Counted from the stretch's first letter, positions 46,788 to 57,676 are shown. The stretch is DNA of 64,000 nucleotides from Myxococcales bacterium (GCA_037441385.1 JBBISH010000006.1:32001-96000), one strand, 5' to 3'. The notes: generated from the sequence alone by a model not told the origin. Made by a program: numbers and translations.

Positions 46788-48158
46788 ATGAGCAACGACC
46801 ACAAGCACTTTAACTTGTTCAATCCCGACGCCAACTACGACTTCGTCGGTCGGCGGCGCCTGTACTACGCGCTGACCAGCGTCGGCATCGTCGCGTCGAT
46901 CATCGCGTTGGCCACGGTCGGCTTCAACAAGGGCATCGACTTCAAGGGCGGCACCAAGCTGATCGTCGCCTTTGACGAAAAGACCCCGGTCGATCGCCAC
47001 GAACTGCACGACGTGGTGACCAAGGTGCTGCAGGAAGCTACCAAGAAGCAAGACGTCGGCCAGGTCGAAGTCCAGGACTTCTCGATGGGCGCTGGCGCCG
47101 CTGCGCAGAAGAACTTCTCGGTCATCACCGAAAAGACCTCGCTGGTCACCGACGTGAGCCGCAAGGACATCGACACCAAGCTGAACGCGCAGTTCCCCGG
47201 CGCCGAGATCCAGTGGGCGACCGAAGGCGAAGACCGCGTGTTCATTGGCCTCAAGGCGCCCGCGCCGGTCGAGAAGACCTACGGCGACCTGCAAAAGATC
47301 TTTGCCGACAGCGGCTTCCCCAAGGTGGCCACCGGCTCGGACGAAGAGAGCAAGCTGGACGTCGAGCTGTTCCGCAACCTGCAGATGATGGCGAGCGAAG
47401 GCAAGAAGCAGGATCAGGTCAACGCCGAAGAGCAGAAGCTGCGCGCCGCCAAGACCCAGGCTCTGCAAAGCCGCAGCGATCAGCACTACACGGTGGTCGT
47501 GGAAGAATTCCGCGGCAAGCTCGAGACCGGCATCTCGGGCAAGTACGGCAAGGCCTTCATCGGCGTCGTCTCGTCGACCTCGGTGTCGTCGTCGGTCGCC
47601 GGCGACATGCTGAGCCAGGGCCTAGTGGCGATCCTGTACGCCATCCTGGGTATCGTGCTCTACATCATCTTGCGCTTCGACATCCGCTACGCCCCCGGCG
47701 CGCTGATCGCCACCGTCCACGACGTGGTGCTGGTCATCGGCGCCTTCTCGGTGGCGCAGGTCAAGTTCTCGATGCCCGTCGTGGCGGCGGTGCTGACGGT
47801 GGCCGGCTACTCGCTGACCGATACGATCGTGGTGTTCGACCGAATTCGCGAGAATCAAGAAAAGCACCCCGGCGTGGAGATCGGCGTGCTGATCAACAGC
47901 GCGGTCAACACCACCATGAGCCGTACCGTGCTGACCTCGCTGACCACCCTGATGACCTCGCTGTCGATCTTCTTCTTTGGCGGCGGTCTGATCCGCGACT
48001 TCGCCTTCGCCATGGTCATCGGCGTCATCGTCGGCACGTTCTCGTCGATCTTCGTCGCCAGCCCGGTGTTCATGTGGCTGCACGAGCGCTTCGAAGCCCG
48101 CAAGGCGGCCGGCAAGGTCCACACGCGCCACATTCCCGAAGAAGCGGCCGTCGGCTAA
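46788..48158 (+). CDS. secF: Protein translocase subunit SecF
   Basis: GIDFKGG, HDV, GYSLTDTIVVFDRIRE, TMSRT and GTFSSIFVA. Confidence 0.95.
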   Translation: MSNDHKHFNLFNPDANYDFVGRRRLYYALTSVGIVASIIALATVGFNKGIDFKGGTKLIVAFDEKTPVDRHELHDVVTKVLQEATKKQDVGQVEVQDFSMGAGAAAQKNFSVITEKTSLVTDVSRKDIDTKLNAQFPGAEIQWATEGEDRVFIGLKAPAPVEKTYGDLQKIFADSGFPKVATGSDEESKLDVELFRNLQMMASEGKKQDQVNAEEQKLRAAKTQALQSRSDQHYTVVVEEFRGKLETGISGKYGKAFIGVVSSTSVSSSVAGDMLSQGLVAILYAILGIVLYIILRFDIRYAPGALIATVHDVVLVIGAFSVAQVKFSMPVVAAVLTVAGYSLTDTIVVFDRIRENQEKHPGVEIGVLINSAVNTTMSRTVLTSLTTLMTSLSIFFFGGGLIRDFAFAMVIGVIVGTFSSIFVASPVFMWLHERFEARKAAGKVHTRHIPEEAAVG

Positions 48159-48176
48159 GCCCGCTATTTCCTGCCC

Positions 48177-49937
48177 ATGACCGCGAGCCCCACGCCTCTG
48201 CGTCAGCCGCCCGTGTGGCAGGTGCTGACCGCGGATCCGCAGGCCGTGGCGCGCTTGACGACCGCGGGCATCGACCCGTTGGTGGCGCAGCTCCTGGTCC
48301 AGCGCGACATCGTCGAACCCCAGGTGGCTCAGGCATTTCTGGCCCCGGCCCTGCGCGATTTGCCCGACCCGTACCTGATGGCCGACGCCCAGCGCGCCGC
48401 CGAGTTGATCGCCCAGGCGATGCAGCAGCGGCAGAAGATCTGCGTGTACGGTGACTACGACGTCGATGGCGTGACCGCGGCGGCCTTGCTGCACGATGTG
48501 TTTGGCAAACTGGACTATCCAGTCCAGATCTTCTTGCCCGACCGGATGCGCGACGGCTACGGACTGCACGGCGAGCGTCTGGGCGAGTTGGTGGCGCAAG
48601 GGGTGCAGCTGTTCATCGCGGTGGACTGCGGCTCGACGGCGCTGGCCGAGATCGCGCAAGCCCGTGCAGCTGGTTGCGAATTCGTGGTGGTCGATCACCA
48701 CACGCTGGGGCCATCTTGGCCCAACGCCAGCGCGCTGCTGAATCCCAAGCGCCAAGATTGTACGTATCCCGACAAGCACTTGTCGGCTGTGGGCGTGGCC
48801 CTGGTCTTGGCGCAGGCGCTGCGGCGCACGCTGGCGGGGCGGCAGTGGTCGGGCGCGGCGGCGCTGGACATGGGCGATCTGGTCGAATTGGCGGCCCTGG
48901 GCACCATCGCCGATGTGGTCGAGCTTCGCCAGGTCAATCGGACGCTTGCCTGGCACGGTCTGCGCCGTCTGGGCAAGACCGGGCGATTGGGTCTGCGGGC
49001 GCTGGCCAAGAAGCTGCCGCTCGACGGGGTCGATGCCCAGCGGGTTGGCTTTCACCTGGGGCCCAAGATCAACGCCGCCGGTCGCATCGCCGACGCGCGC
49101 ACGGCCTTTGAACTGCTGACCGAGAGTGACGCCGCCCGTGCCGAAGATCTGGCCATGCGTCTGGATTTGCACAACAACCATCGCCAGGACCTGACCGCGG
49201 TGGCCTTGGAGCAGGCGCTGGCGCAGGCCCACAGCCACGCCACTTCGGCCGATTGCGTGGTGGTGGCCGGCCAGGGCTGGCACCCCGGCGTGGTCGGCAT
49301 CGTGGCTGGGCGGCTGCGCGAGCAGTTTGGGGTGCCCGCGTTCGCCTTGGCCGTGGACGAGGACGGGCTGGCGCGCGGCTCGGGTCGCTCGATCGCCGGC
49401 CTGGACTTGGTGGCGGCGCTGCAGGCGCTGGACCGCGACCAACCCGAGCTACTCCAACGCTTTGGCGGGCACGCCTTTGCCGCTGGGGTCACGCTGGCCA
49501 GCCAGCAGATCGAGCCCCTTCGGCAGGCGCTGGCCGAGCACGTGGCCCGCGTGTTGCCGCCCAGCGAGCGGGCCGAGGTCTTTCGCATCGACGCCGAACT
49601 GGCCGTTGAGCAAGCCAACCTGACGACACTGCAGCAGATCGAGCAGTTGGAGCCCTTTGGCAAGGGCAATCCGGCGCCGCTCTTCCTGCTGCGCGGCGTT
49701 GAGGTTCAAGGCGCGCAAGTAGTGGGAAAGACGCGCGGTTACCAGCGGGCTAAGCTGCACAGTCCCGGCAAGCAGCCCGCCTGGGCGCGGCCTTCGGTGG
49801 CAGCGTTTGCGGGTGTCGACGCCTGGGCCGGCGCGAAGTCGGGCGATCACGTCGACGCCGTGATCAAGTTGCAGCGCAATCACTTCCAGGGCACCACCAC
49901 GGTCCAGGCCGACGTTTTGGCCGTGCGCCCGGCCTGA
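48177..49937 (+). CDS. recJ: ssDNA-specific exonuclease RecJ
   Basis: YGDYDVDG, VDCG, DHH, GTIADVV, PKINAAGR, WHPGVVGIVA, GSGRS, GGHAFAAG and LEPFGKGNP. Confidence 0.95.
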   Translation: MTASPTPLRQPPVWQVLTADPQAVARLTTAGIDPLVAQLLVQRDIVEPQVAQAFLAPALRDLPDPYLMADAQRAAELIAQAMQQRQKICVYGDYDVDGVTAAALLHDVFGKLDYPVQIFLPDRMRDGYGLHGERLGELVAQGVQLFIAVDCGSTALAEIAQARAAGCEFVVVDHHTLGPSWPNASALLNPKRQDCTYPDKHLSAVGVALVLAQALRRTLAGRQWSGAAALDMGDLVELAALGTIADVVELRQVNRTLAWHGLRRLGKTGRLGLRALAKKLPLDGVDAQRVGFHLGPKINAAGRIADARTAFELLTESDAARAEDLAMRLDLHNNHRQDLTAVALEQALAQAHSHATSADCVVVAGQGWHPGVVGIVAGRLREQFGVPAFALAVDEDGLARGSGRSIAGLDLVAALQALDRDQPELLQRFGGHAFAAGVTLASQQIEPLRQALAEHVARVLPPSERAEVFRIDAELAVEQANLTTLQQIEQLEPFGKGNPAPLFLLRGVEVQGAQVVGKTRGYQRAKLHSPGKQPAWARPSVAAFAGVDAWAGAKSGDHVDAVIKLQRNHFQGTTTVQADVLAVRPA

Positions 49938-50069
49938 TCCGGCAAACCCATCCACCGTCGAACCCCGGCACACGTCCTGGCCCCTACCTTGGCGTTGTCC
50001 GGAGGCCCTTGGATTCGCGATCTGTCTTGCGATAAAAGAGTCTGCAGAAAAAACCAACAATATCGGATT

Positions 50070-50083
50070 TTCATGACGATCAA
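50070..50083 (+). promoter_or_regulatory. Possible FNR/DNR-type box upstream of the fasciclin gene
   Basis: TTCAT-GACG-ATCAA, one mismatch to TTGAT-N4-ATCAA, inside an AT-rich intergenic patch. Confidence 0.4.
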
Positions 50084-50165
50084 CGGATATATTCATCTTG
50101 CGATCGTTGGGCACGCAGGCTACGCTCTTGCACCAGCGACATTGCCGTTGCATCGCGAGGTCACC

Positions 50166-50804
50166 ATGCGTTCATTTGCTCCTTTTACCCGTGTTGTTGC
50201 TCCCTTGGCCCTGGCCACGGCGGTCCTGTTGGCGTCCGCCTGTGCCAAACAGGCCGAAGCGCCCGCCCCTGCGCCTGCCCCTGCACCTGCACCTGCCGGT
50301 GAACCGGCCCCTGCGGCTCCCGCCGCCAAGGTGGAAGCCAAGCCGGCCGAACCGGCGGCTCCGGCCGCCCCCAAGGCCGACAGCGAGAAGACCGTGGTCG
50401 ACGTCGCGCTGGGCTCCAAGGACCACACCACGCTGGTGGCCGCCGTCAAAGCCGCCGACCTGGTGGTCAGTCTGTCCAGCCCCGGCGGCGCCTACACCGT
50501 GTTCGCCCCCACCAACGCCGCCTTCGAGAAACTGCCCAAGGGCACGGTCGAAGAGCTGCTCAAGCCCGAAAAGAAAGCCGATCTGGCTGCGGTTCTGAAG
50601 CACCACGCCACCGTGCCGATCCTGAAGCTCGCTGACTTGAAGGACGGCCAGGTGATCCCCATGTCGGACGGCCAGAAGGTCACCGTGCACATCCAGGGCG
50701 ACAAAGTGATGGTCGAGAACGCCACCATCCTCGCCTCGGTGCCCGCCATGAACGGTGTCGTCCACGTGGTGGACACCGTGCTGCTGCCGGCCGCGCCCAA
50801 GTAG
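50166..50804 (+). CDS. Fasciclin (FAS1) domain lipoprotein
   Basis: Lipobox LASA-C, PA-rich linker, TTLVAAVKAA, YTVFAPTNAAF and NGVVHVVDTVL. Confidence 0.92.
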   Translation: MRSFAPFTRVVAPLALATAVLLASACAKQAEAPAPAPAPAPAPAGEPAPAAPAAKVEAKPAEPAAPAAPKADSEKTVVDVALGSKDHTTLVAAVKAADLVVSLSSPGGAYTVFAPTNAAFEKLPKGTVEELLKPEKKADLAAVLKHHATVPILKLADLKDGQVIPMSDGQKVTVHIQGDKVMVENATILASVPAMNGVVHVVDTVLLPAAPK

Positions 50805-50873
50805 GCTGCCTGCGCCACGGCGAGGAATTCGGCCGCTCCAGTGCACTTCTGACCCAGTTTGCCGTCATTTGGT

Positions 50874-50902
50874 TTGACGGGCGCTCGGGGCGACGCTACC
50901 CT
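50874..50902 (+). promoter_or_regulatory. Candidate sigma70 promoter for the fibre gene
   Basis: TTGACG, 17-nt spacer, TACCCT; about 200 nt upstream of ATG 51112. Confidence 0.4.
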
Positions 50903-51111
50903 ACGCGCTGAGCCCTGTCTTGCCTGTGCTTGGCGCAGGCCGTCTCGTCAAGTCGAAGATTCATCGCAGTCGATGACTTTTGGGGATGCATGTTCCCCAG
51001 CCTCCGCGGCAGTCCCTCGGTGCGGCCTGCGTTCAACCTGCCGCGGTCAGGTTCACTTTGTCCAAGGGGTGCCGCGCAGCCGGCATGTCGAACAAGTCTG
51101 AAGGGTCAATC

Positions 51112-53028
51112 ATGACGTATCGCAATCGATTCCGTACTTTGCTGGCCATGTCCGGCGTGCTGGGAGCCCTGTGGGCTGTCGGCGCGCAGGCGGCCGTGCC
51201 GACCTCTGCCACGGTCGAAGGCCTGTTGCTTTCGGCGGGCGGTGGGCCCGCGGCCGACGGCACCTACACGGCCAACTTCGCCATCTACGCCGCCGAGTCG
51301 GGCGGCACGGCCGTTTGGGCCGAAACGGGCGTCAGCGTCGTTGCCAAGGGCGGCCAGTTCACCTACTTGTTGGGCAGCAAGACGCCGCTCAGCGCTGCGG
51401 CGATCAACCTGCAGACCGCGTACATGGGCGTGCAGATTGGTACCGACCCCGAGCTGCCGCGTAAGCCCCTGGGCGCTTCGCTGTTCGCGTTGCGCGCGGC
51501 GGTAGCTGAGTCGCTCGAGTGCTCGGGCTGCGTCAAGGCTACTGCGTTGGACGCCGCTGTCCTACAACCCTTTGCCAAGACTGCGGATCTGTCGGCCTAC
51601 GCCAAGACGACCGACCTGAGCGCCTACGCCAAGTCCACGGACCTGAGCGCCTACGCCAAGTCGGCCGACCTGAGCGCCTACGCCAAGTCCACGGATCTGG
51701 GCGCCTACGCCAAGAGCACCGACCTGAGCGCCTACGTCAAGGCGGCCTCGCTCGCCACGGTCGCCGGCACGGGCAGCTACACCGACCTGACCAACACCCC
51801 GGTGCTGGCCAAGGTAGCGACCACGGGCGACTACGCCGACCTGAAGAACGCTCCGGCCATCCCGGCGGTGGGCAAGCTGTGTGGCACGGGCCTGTTCTTC
51901 AAGGGTTTCAACGCGGACGGCAGCATCAACTGCGTCGCGCTGAAAGAGACGGACATGCCGCCCGACGGCATCAACGAGATCAGCAACGGTTTGATCGCCA
52001 ACCAGTTTGTCGACTCGACCGCCGGCACCGCCAACGTCAAGATCCCCGACGGTTTGGGCGCCGGCACCACCGACTCGCTGACCTTCCCCGACATCGGCGT
52101 AGCTCAGAAGATCTGGGTCAACATGACCATCACCAACTCGGACCTGAGCGGCGTGCGCGTCGAGCTGTACGGCCCCGGCATCTCGACGCCGTACGTCCTG
52201 TACGACAAGGGCAAGACCGGCACCACCCTGACCACCAATTTCAACACCGACACGCCGCTCGTCTCGGGCGACCTGACCGGCGACTGGGTCGGCAAGAACA
52301 TCAAGGGCGCCTGGTCGATCACGGTCAAGGACCTGAAGGCCGGCGGCGGCTCGGGCACTCCGGCGACCGACGGCACCTTCAACTGGGCCATCAACATTCA
52401 GACCCTGTCGAGCAAGAAGGTGCAGATCAAGGGCAACGTCATCATCGACGGCAACACCACCCTGGGCGGCAGCATCGTGCCGGGTAACGACACGGCCGCC
52501 TGCGGTGCGACCAACCAGGGCGCGCTGCGCTACACGGCCTCCAAGGGTCTGGAGACGTGCGCGGGCACCTTCTGGGTGGCTGCGCTGCCCAAGAAGGTCT
52601 TGTTTACCGGTGGCTGCAATCACCACGGCACGGCCAGCCTCTGGAGCAACCCGTACTGCCTGACCGACACCTATGTGGCCACGTCCAACTACACCGACTA
52701 CTTCACGGTCACCGATACTGCAAACGGCATCATCACGGTGAAGATCCCGGGATACTACCGCCTGTACGGCAACTGGCTCACCAACCACTGCCCCAACAGC
52801 GACGGCGGTCAGTTGCTGATCAACGGCGCGCGGACCGGGTCGACCTACTCCAACCAGGTCAATGGCATCTGGCAGATGCAGCACATCGACATCACTTGGC
52901 CGCTCAAGGCGGGTGATACCGTGCAAAGCATCTGGTACAACGCTGGCTGCACCGGCTACGCCTACCACGTGGGCAGTGCTGCCGGCACCTGGAGCAAGTT
53001 CACGATGGAGTACGCTGGCCAGAACTAG
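51112..53028 (+). CDS. Secreted tail-fibre-like adhesin (N-terminal domain, repeat shaft, P-domain-like module, C1q-like head)
   Basis: Signal peptide ending AQA; six AKxxDLSAY repeats; LATVAGTGSYTDLTNTP repeats; proprotein convertase P-like GKNIKGAWSITVKD; C1q-like GIITVKIPGYYRL. Confidence 0.75.
   Translation: MTYRNRFRTLLAMSGVLGALWAVGAQAAVPTSATVEGLLLSAGGGPAADGTYTANFAIYAAESGGTAVWAETGVSVVAKGGQFTYLLGSKTPLSAAAINLQTAYMGVQIGTDPELPRKPLGASLFALRAAVAESLECSGCVKATALDAAVLQPFAKTADLSAYAKTTDLSAYAKSTDLSAYAKSADLSAYAKSTDLGAYAKSTDLSAYVKAASLATVAGTGSYTDLTNTPVLAKVATTGDYADLKNAPAIPAVGKLCGTGLFFKGFNADGSINCVALKETDMPPDGINEISNGLIANQFVDSTAGTANVKIPDGLGAGTTDSLTFPDIGVAQKIWVNMTITNSDLSGVRVELYGPGISTPYVLYDKGKTGTTLTTNFNTDTPLVSGDLTGDWVGKNIKGAWSITVKDLKAGGGSGTPATDGTFNWAINIQTLSSKKVQIKGNVIIDGNTTLGGSIVPGNDTAACGATNQGALRYTASKGLETCAGTFWVAALPKKVLFTGGCNHHGTASLWSNPYCLTDTYVATSNYTDYFTVTDTANGIITVKIPGYYRLYGNWLTNHCPNSDGGQLLINGARTGSTYSNQVNGIWQMQHIDITWPLKAGDTVQSIWYNAGCTGYAYHVGSAAGTWSKFTMEYAGQN
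51574..51735 (+). repeat. Intragenic tandem repeat, 6 x 27 bp
   Basis: Units of the type GCCAAGnnnnnnGACCTGAGCGCCTAC, encoding AK(S/T)(T/A)DL(S/G)AY. Confidence 0.9.
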
Positions 53029-53043
53029 CGAACATCCGGTTCC

Positions 53044-53103
53044 AACACAGCGCCCGCCTCGCGCCCGGTTTGCCGGTGTCGCGACGGCGGGCGCGGTGTT
53101 TTT
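53044..53103 (+). terminator. Probable intrinsic terminator between convergent genes
   Basis: Long GC stem (AACAC-GCGCCCGCC ... GGCGGGCGC-GTGTT) followed by a T run. Confidence 0.6.
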
Positions 53104-53121
53104 GGGGCCCTGCAGCGACGG

Positions 53122-54758
53122 CTAGTCGGCGTCGAGCATCCCCGCCTGCACGGCCTGCATCATCACGTCGGCCATCAGGCCATCGCGGCACGGCGTCGGC
53201 GGCTCATAGGTGCTGCCGTCCAGGCACTTGCGCTCGCCCTGGGTCAGGGGCAAAAAGCCGCTGCCCCCGCGCGCCAGGTAGTCGATGGTGGCGACTGTGT
53301 AGCGCGCACCGAGGTCTACTGGCGCACCGTTCACGCTGGCACCCTGCAACCGCTCGCCGCGCTTGAGGATCTCGACCGGTCGGCCATCGACCACCCGGTA
53401 CTGCGGCGTGGCCGCCTTGAAATTGCACGTGCCGGTCACGCCCCACAGCACCAGGCCCTGACCGTGACCTTCGCTGCCGGGGATGCAGGAATGCTCCAGG
53501 GTATCCAGTAGTTGCTGGCCGGTCAGCGTCACCAGCACCAGCCGGTTGTCAAAGGGGTGGATGGCCTTGACCTCCAGGTTGGTGACCGGGCCCGGCGGGT
53601 ACAGGGTGTCGCTGCGGAAGCCGCCCACGTTGAGCAACGCCCCGATCACGCTGGGGACTTTGGCCTTGGCCCACAGACCAAAGGCGCGGCTGGCGCGCCG
53701 GCTGTAGTCGCCGCGGGCGTCGCGCAGGTCCCAGGCGAGCTTGCGCTGCCCGATCACCACCTCTTGCACCAGCGTTTGCCGCAGCGTGTCGACCTGCGCC
53801 TGCACTTGCGGGTCCTTGGCTTGCAGTTGCTCGATGGGCTGCAGTTTCCAGCTGCTGTGGGCCGGGTCGAAGTGGCCGGCGTCGTCGATCGCCAGCTCCA
53901 AGGCGCCCAGGTGCGAAAACCGCGAGCCGCTTTGGGTAATCCAGGTCTGGCCGCGCTGCTGCACCTGCGGGGTCTCGCTGTGCGAGTGCCCGCCGACGAT
54001 GGCGTCCAGGCCGGTGACGTCGGCCGCCAGTTCCACGTCGTTGTCCAGGCCCAGGTGCGACAGAACCACCACCAACTGAGCACCTTGCGCACGCAGTTTT
54101 TGGGCTTCGATCTGCTGACTTGTGCGGTGGTGGCCTTGGCAAAGCGCACGTCGCCCAGCTGGCTGATGGTGCGGGTGGTGGGCGTGGTCAGGCCGATCAG
54201 GCCCAGCTGGATGCCGCCGCAGCGCACCAGCGCCGACGGGCCAAAAAGTCCTTGCGGATGTTGGGGATCGCTGGGGTCCAGCGAGGTGCCTTTGGCGTCC
54301 AGGTTGGCCGAGAGCAGGCGCATCTTGGTCAGGCCCTGCATCGCCATCCGCAGCGCCTTGGGCCCCGCGTCGAACTCGTGGTTGCCGACGGCGGCGTAGT
54401 CGTAGCCGGCAGCCTGATAGACCTGCCAGGCGTTCTGCATCGCCAGCGGGCGGTTGCCGTCTTTCCGCTCCATGTAGCGGCCCTGCAACATGTCGCCGCC
54501 TTCTACCAGCAGCACGCCGCCGGGGCGCTGGGCCAAAAGACGCAGCTTTTCTGCGGCGATGCGGGCGATGCGGTCTTGGAAGCCGGCGCCTTCCTTGGGG
54601 CCGTCCAAGTTGGCTTCGCTGTCGTTGCTGGTCAGCAGCAGGCACCGCTGGGCCTGGTCCGCCGCTGCACCCGCCAGATCTGCGGGCGCCGCTCGCTCCA
54701 CGCCGCCACATGCGCTCAGCCCCAGCAGCAGGGTCAGCACGATCGACAGTTTCTGCAT
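53122..54758 (-). pseudogene. Bifunctional metallophosphoesterase / 5'-nucleotidase lipoprotein, frameshifted near 54097-54120
   Basis: The N-half (lipobox LSA-C, GGD, VGNHEFD, LLSANL) is in one frame. The C-half (LSHLG, IVGGHSH, NVGGFR, HPFDN, TIDYLARGGSG) is in another. One extra base would join them. Confidence 0.8.
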
Positions 54759-54773
54759 GTGTTTTCCTGTAGT

Positions 54774-55484
<711 letters not shown>

Positions 55485-55505
55485 GGTGGTCCTTTTCTGG
55501 GTCGG

Positions 55506-55778
55506 TTAGGCGGCCGGGGTCACGGCGTCGACGACACCCACGATCAGGCAGCGAATCGGGTTCTTGGGGTCGGCCAGGATCTGGCGGATGCCGTTGCCCT
55601 CGCGCAGGATGATCACCGTGTCGCCGGGTCCCGACTGGGCGTGGTCGACGGCGAGGAAGGTCTCGCCGGCGTCTTGGCCATGCTCGTCGATCGGCTGCAC
55701 GCTGAACACCGCGTAGCTTTTCAGCCCCGGGTGCTTGATGGTCGAGACCACGTTGCCGATGACGCGCGCAAGAATCAT
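55506..55778 (-). CDS. Bacterial microcompartment vertex pentamer (EutN/CcmL, BMC-P)
   Basis: [27 protein letters not shown] and IVGVVD; GGGAG RBS. Confidence 0.93.
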   Translation of the reverse strand: MILARVIGNVVSTIKHPGLKSYAVFSVQPIDEHGQDAGETFLAVDHAQSGPGDTVIILREGNGIRQILADPKNPIRCLIVGVVDAVTPAA

Positions 55779-55800
55779 CTGGGGCTCCCTGCTGGATCGC

Positions 55801-56070
55801 CTACGCCTCGACGTGGACGTGGTCGACGATGGCGATGATGGCCGCGTCGACGGGCACGAACGCATCGGGCAACGCCAGCGCCGCCTCGCGGGATTCGGTG
55901 ACATGCACCAGATCGCCGGGCCCAGCCTGGGTCACGTCGGCGGCACACACCGGCTTGCCGCGCGGCTGGTCATCCTCGCCAACCGGCTGGACCATGAGCA
56001 AGCGAATGCCGCCAAGCCCTTCGGCTTTCTTGGTGGCGACTACGGTTCCAATCACGCGGGCGAGAAACAT
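55801..56070 (-). CDS. Bacterial microcompartment vertex pentamer (EutN/CcmL, BMC-P)
   Basis: [26 protein letters not shown] and [11 protein letters not shown]. Confidence 0.93.
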   Translation of the reverse strand: MFLARVIGTVVATKKAEGLGGIRLLMVQPVGEDDQPRGKPVCAADVTQAGPGDLVHVTESREAALALPDAFVPVDAAIIAIVDHVHVEA

Positions 56071-56126
56071 GCGCGCGACTTTGGCACAAGCACGCCCCCA
56101 CCGCAAGCGGACACGGGCCCCCCGAT

Positions 56127-56288
56127 CCGCCGCTTTGGGCGCAACTCGGCGTTGCTGCGTCGTCCCAGCTACGGGTTGCCCCACTGGGGCGACCCGTTCA
56201 CCCTTCGGGCGACCGCTGGGGCCCTTCTCCCTGCGGCGACCTTTAGGTCGCCTCAGTCGCTCCGCTCCTTGCGCCTTGATTTGCATCC
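56127..56288 (-). repeat. 162-bp structured intergenic repeat, copy 2
   Basis: Exact reverse complement of 43825-43986. Confidence 0.95.
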
Positions 56289-56395
56289 AGGGGTCCTCGT
56301 GGTGGCCGCAGGCCAGAAAAGCAGTCCAGTGGACTGCTTTTCAGCGGGGATCGGCGGCCGGGGCGAATTTCGATGCTGGATCCTGGGGTGCAGCC

Positions 56396-57559
56396 TCAAC
56401 CCTCTTGGCCGTCGATGCGCGGCCGGGTCAGGATCGGCCAGTACACCACCGCAAACACCGCGTAGCCCGCCGCCCACAGCACGCCCGCAAGCAGCACCAG
56501 GTTGGGGTCGCCGCCAAAAACCCGCAACAGCGCGCCCGCGATGACCAAGTAGTAGGCCACCACGGTCGGCGGCGCCGCCACCAGCGGTCGGCCCGAGTGC
56601 CCCAGCGCCGCGCGCGATGCCACCGCCAGGATCATCACGCCGATGGCACCGGCGGTCAGGGCGTGCAAGGCGGCAAACGCGCCGATCGGCCCGCCCAGGT
56701 CGCTGATCCCCTTGAGCAGAAACCCCAGCGGAATGAAGGCATAGCCGGCGTGCAGGATCCACACGAGCGGCAGCCGGCGCGTCTGCCAGGTCCGCCAATG
56801 ACGCATGCGCAGCCCCGTCACCAGCGCCGCCGCCAGCGCCCCCCCACCGCTCGTCGCCGAAAATGGCACGGCCAGCTCGGACACCACCACCAGCGCGACC
56901 AACGGCACCGCCGCGCGATCGAGCCAAGCTGGCGTGCTGCAGGCGTGCTCGGCATGGCCGGCCTGGCGCAGCGCGTTTTGGGTGAAGCTGGGCACGATCC
57001 GCCCGCCGATCAGCGCAATCAGCGCGGCGATCAGGTACACGGCGGCGTGCAGGGCCTGGGCCTGCAACGGCCCAGCGGGCGCCAAATGGTACAGCAGGTT
57101 CAAGCCCCACAGCGCCAAAAGCATCGCCACCACCTGGTAGTTGCGGGCGTTCTTGGCGCGCAGGATGTCCAGGCCCACCCAGCCGGCCAGAATCGGCAGG
57201 AACAGCAGGTCCAGCGGCCAGGCCGGGATCCCGGCCGGGGTCAGCGCCATGCCCAGCCGCCCCAACAGCCACGCCACCGCCAGCACCCCGGCGCGCGTGC
57301 CGCGAAACAGCGGGCCCTGCGTCCACTTGGGCACCGCCGCCTGCAGGAAACCGCCCACTGCGGCCACCGCAAAGCCAAAGATCAATTCATGGCCGTGCCA
57401 CCACGGCGACAGCGGCAGGTGACCGCGCCAGGCCAGCAGCCACGCGGTCAGGGCCAGCGGCGCAAAAATCCCGGCGGCCAGGAACAGGCTGCGGTGGCCC
57501 GAGGCCAAGAAAACCGGGCCTTGCCAGCGCTGCGATGTCGGTCCAAGAGGTATCGGCAT
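56396..57559 (-). CDS. nnrS: NnrS family nitrosative-stress membrane protein
   Basis: GHRSLFLAA, WHGHELIFGF, GFLQAAVPKWT, IGGRIVPSFT, ILHAGY, HALTAG, RAALGHSGR and RIDGQEG. Confidence 0.92.
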   Translation of the reverse strand: MPIPLGPTSQRWQGPVFLASGHRSLFLAAGIFAPLALTAWLLAWRGHLPLSPWWHGHELIFGFAVAAVGGFLQAAVPKWTQGPLFRGTRAGVLAVAWLLGRLGMALTPAGIPAWPLDLLFLPILAGWVGLDILRAKNARNYQVVAMLLALWGLNLLYHLAPAGPLQAQALHAAVYLIAALIALIGGRIVPSFTQNALRQAGHAEHACSTPAWLDRAAVPLVALVVVSELAVPFSATSGGGALAAALVTGLRMRHWRTWQTRRLPLVWILHAGYAFIPLGFLLKGISDLGGPIGAFAALHALTAGAIGVMILAVASRAALGHSGRPLVAAPPTVVAYYLVIAGALLRVFGGDPNLVLLAGVLWAAGYAVFAVVYWPILTRPRIDGQEG

Positions 57560-57676
57560 GGTCGTCTCTCTGTCCACTGCGGGGGCAAGCGCCTATACTC
57601 CCCCGCGTCCGGCCATGTTAGGATAAAACGATAAATAAGTCTATAGACGATCGCACCGCGGTCGAGAGAGCCTGCG

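Noticed and set aside
51574..51735. Periodic 27-bp repeats as a possible CRISPR array
   Set aside because: They are head-to-tail, in-frame coding repeats with no spacers and no cas genes nearby.
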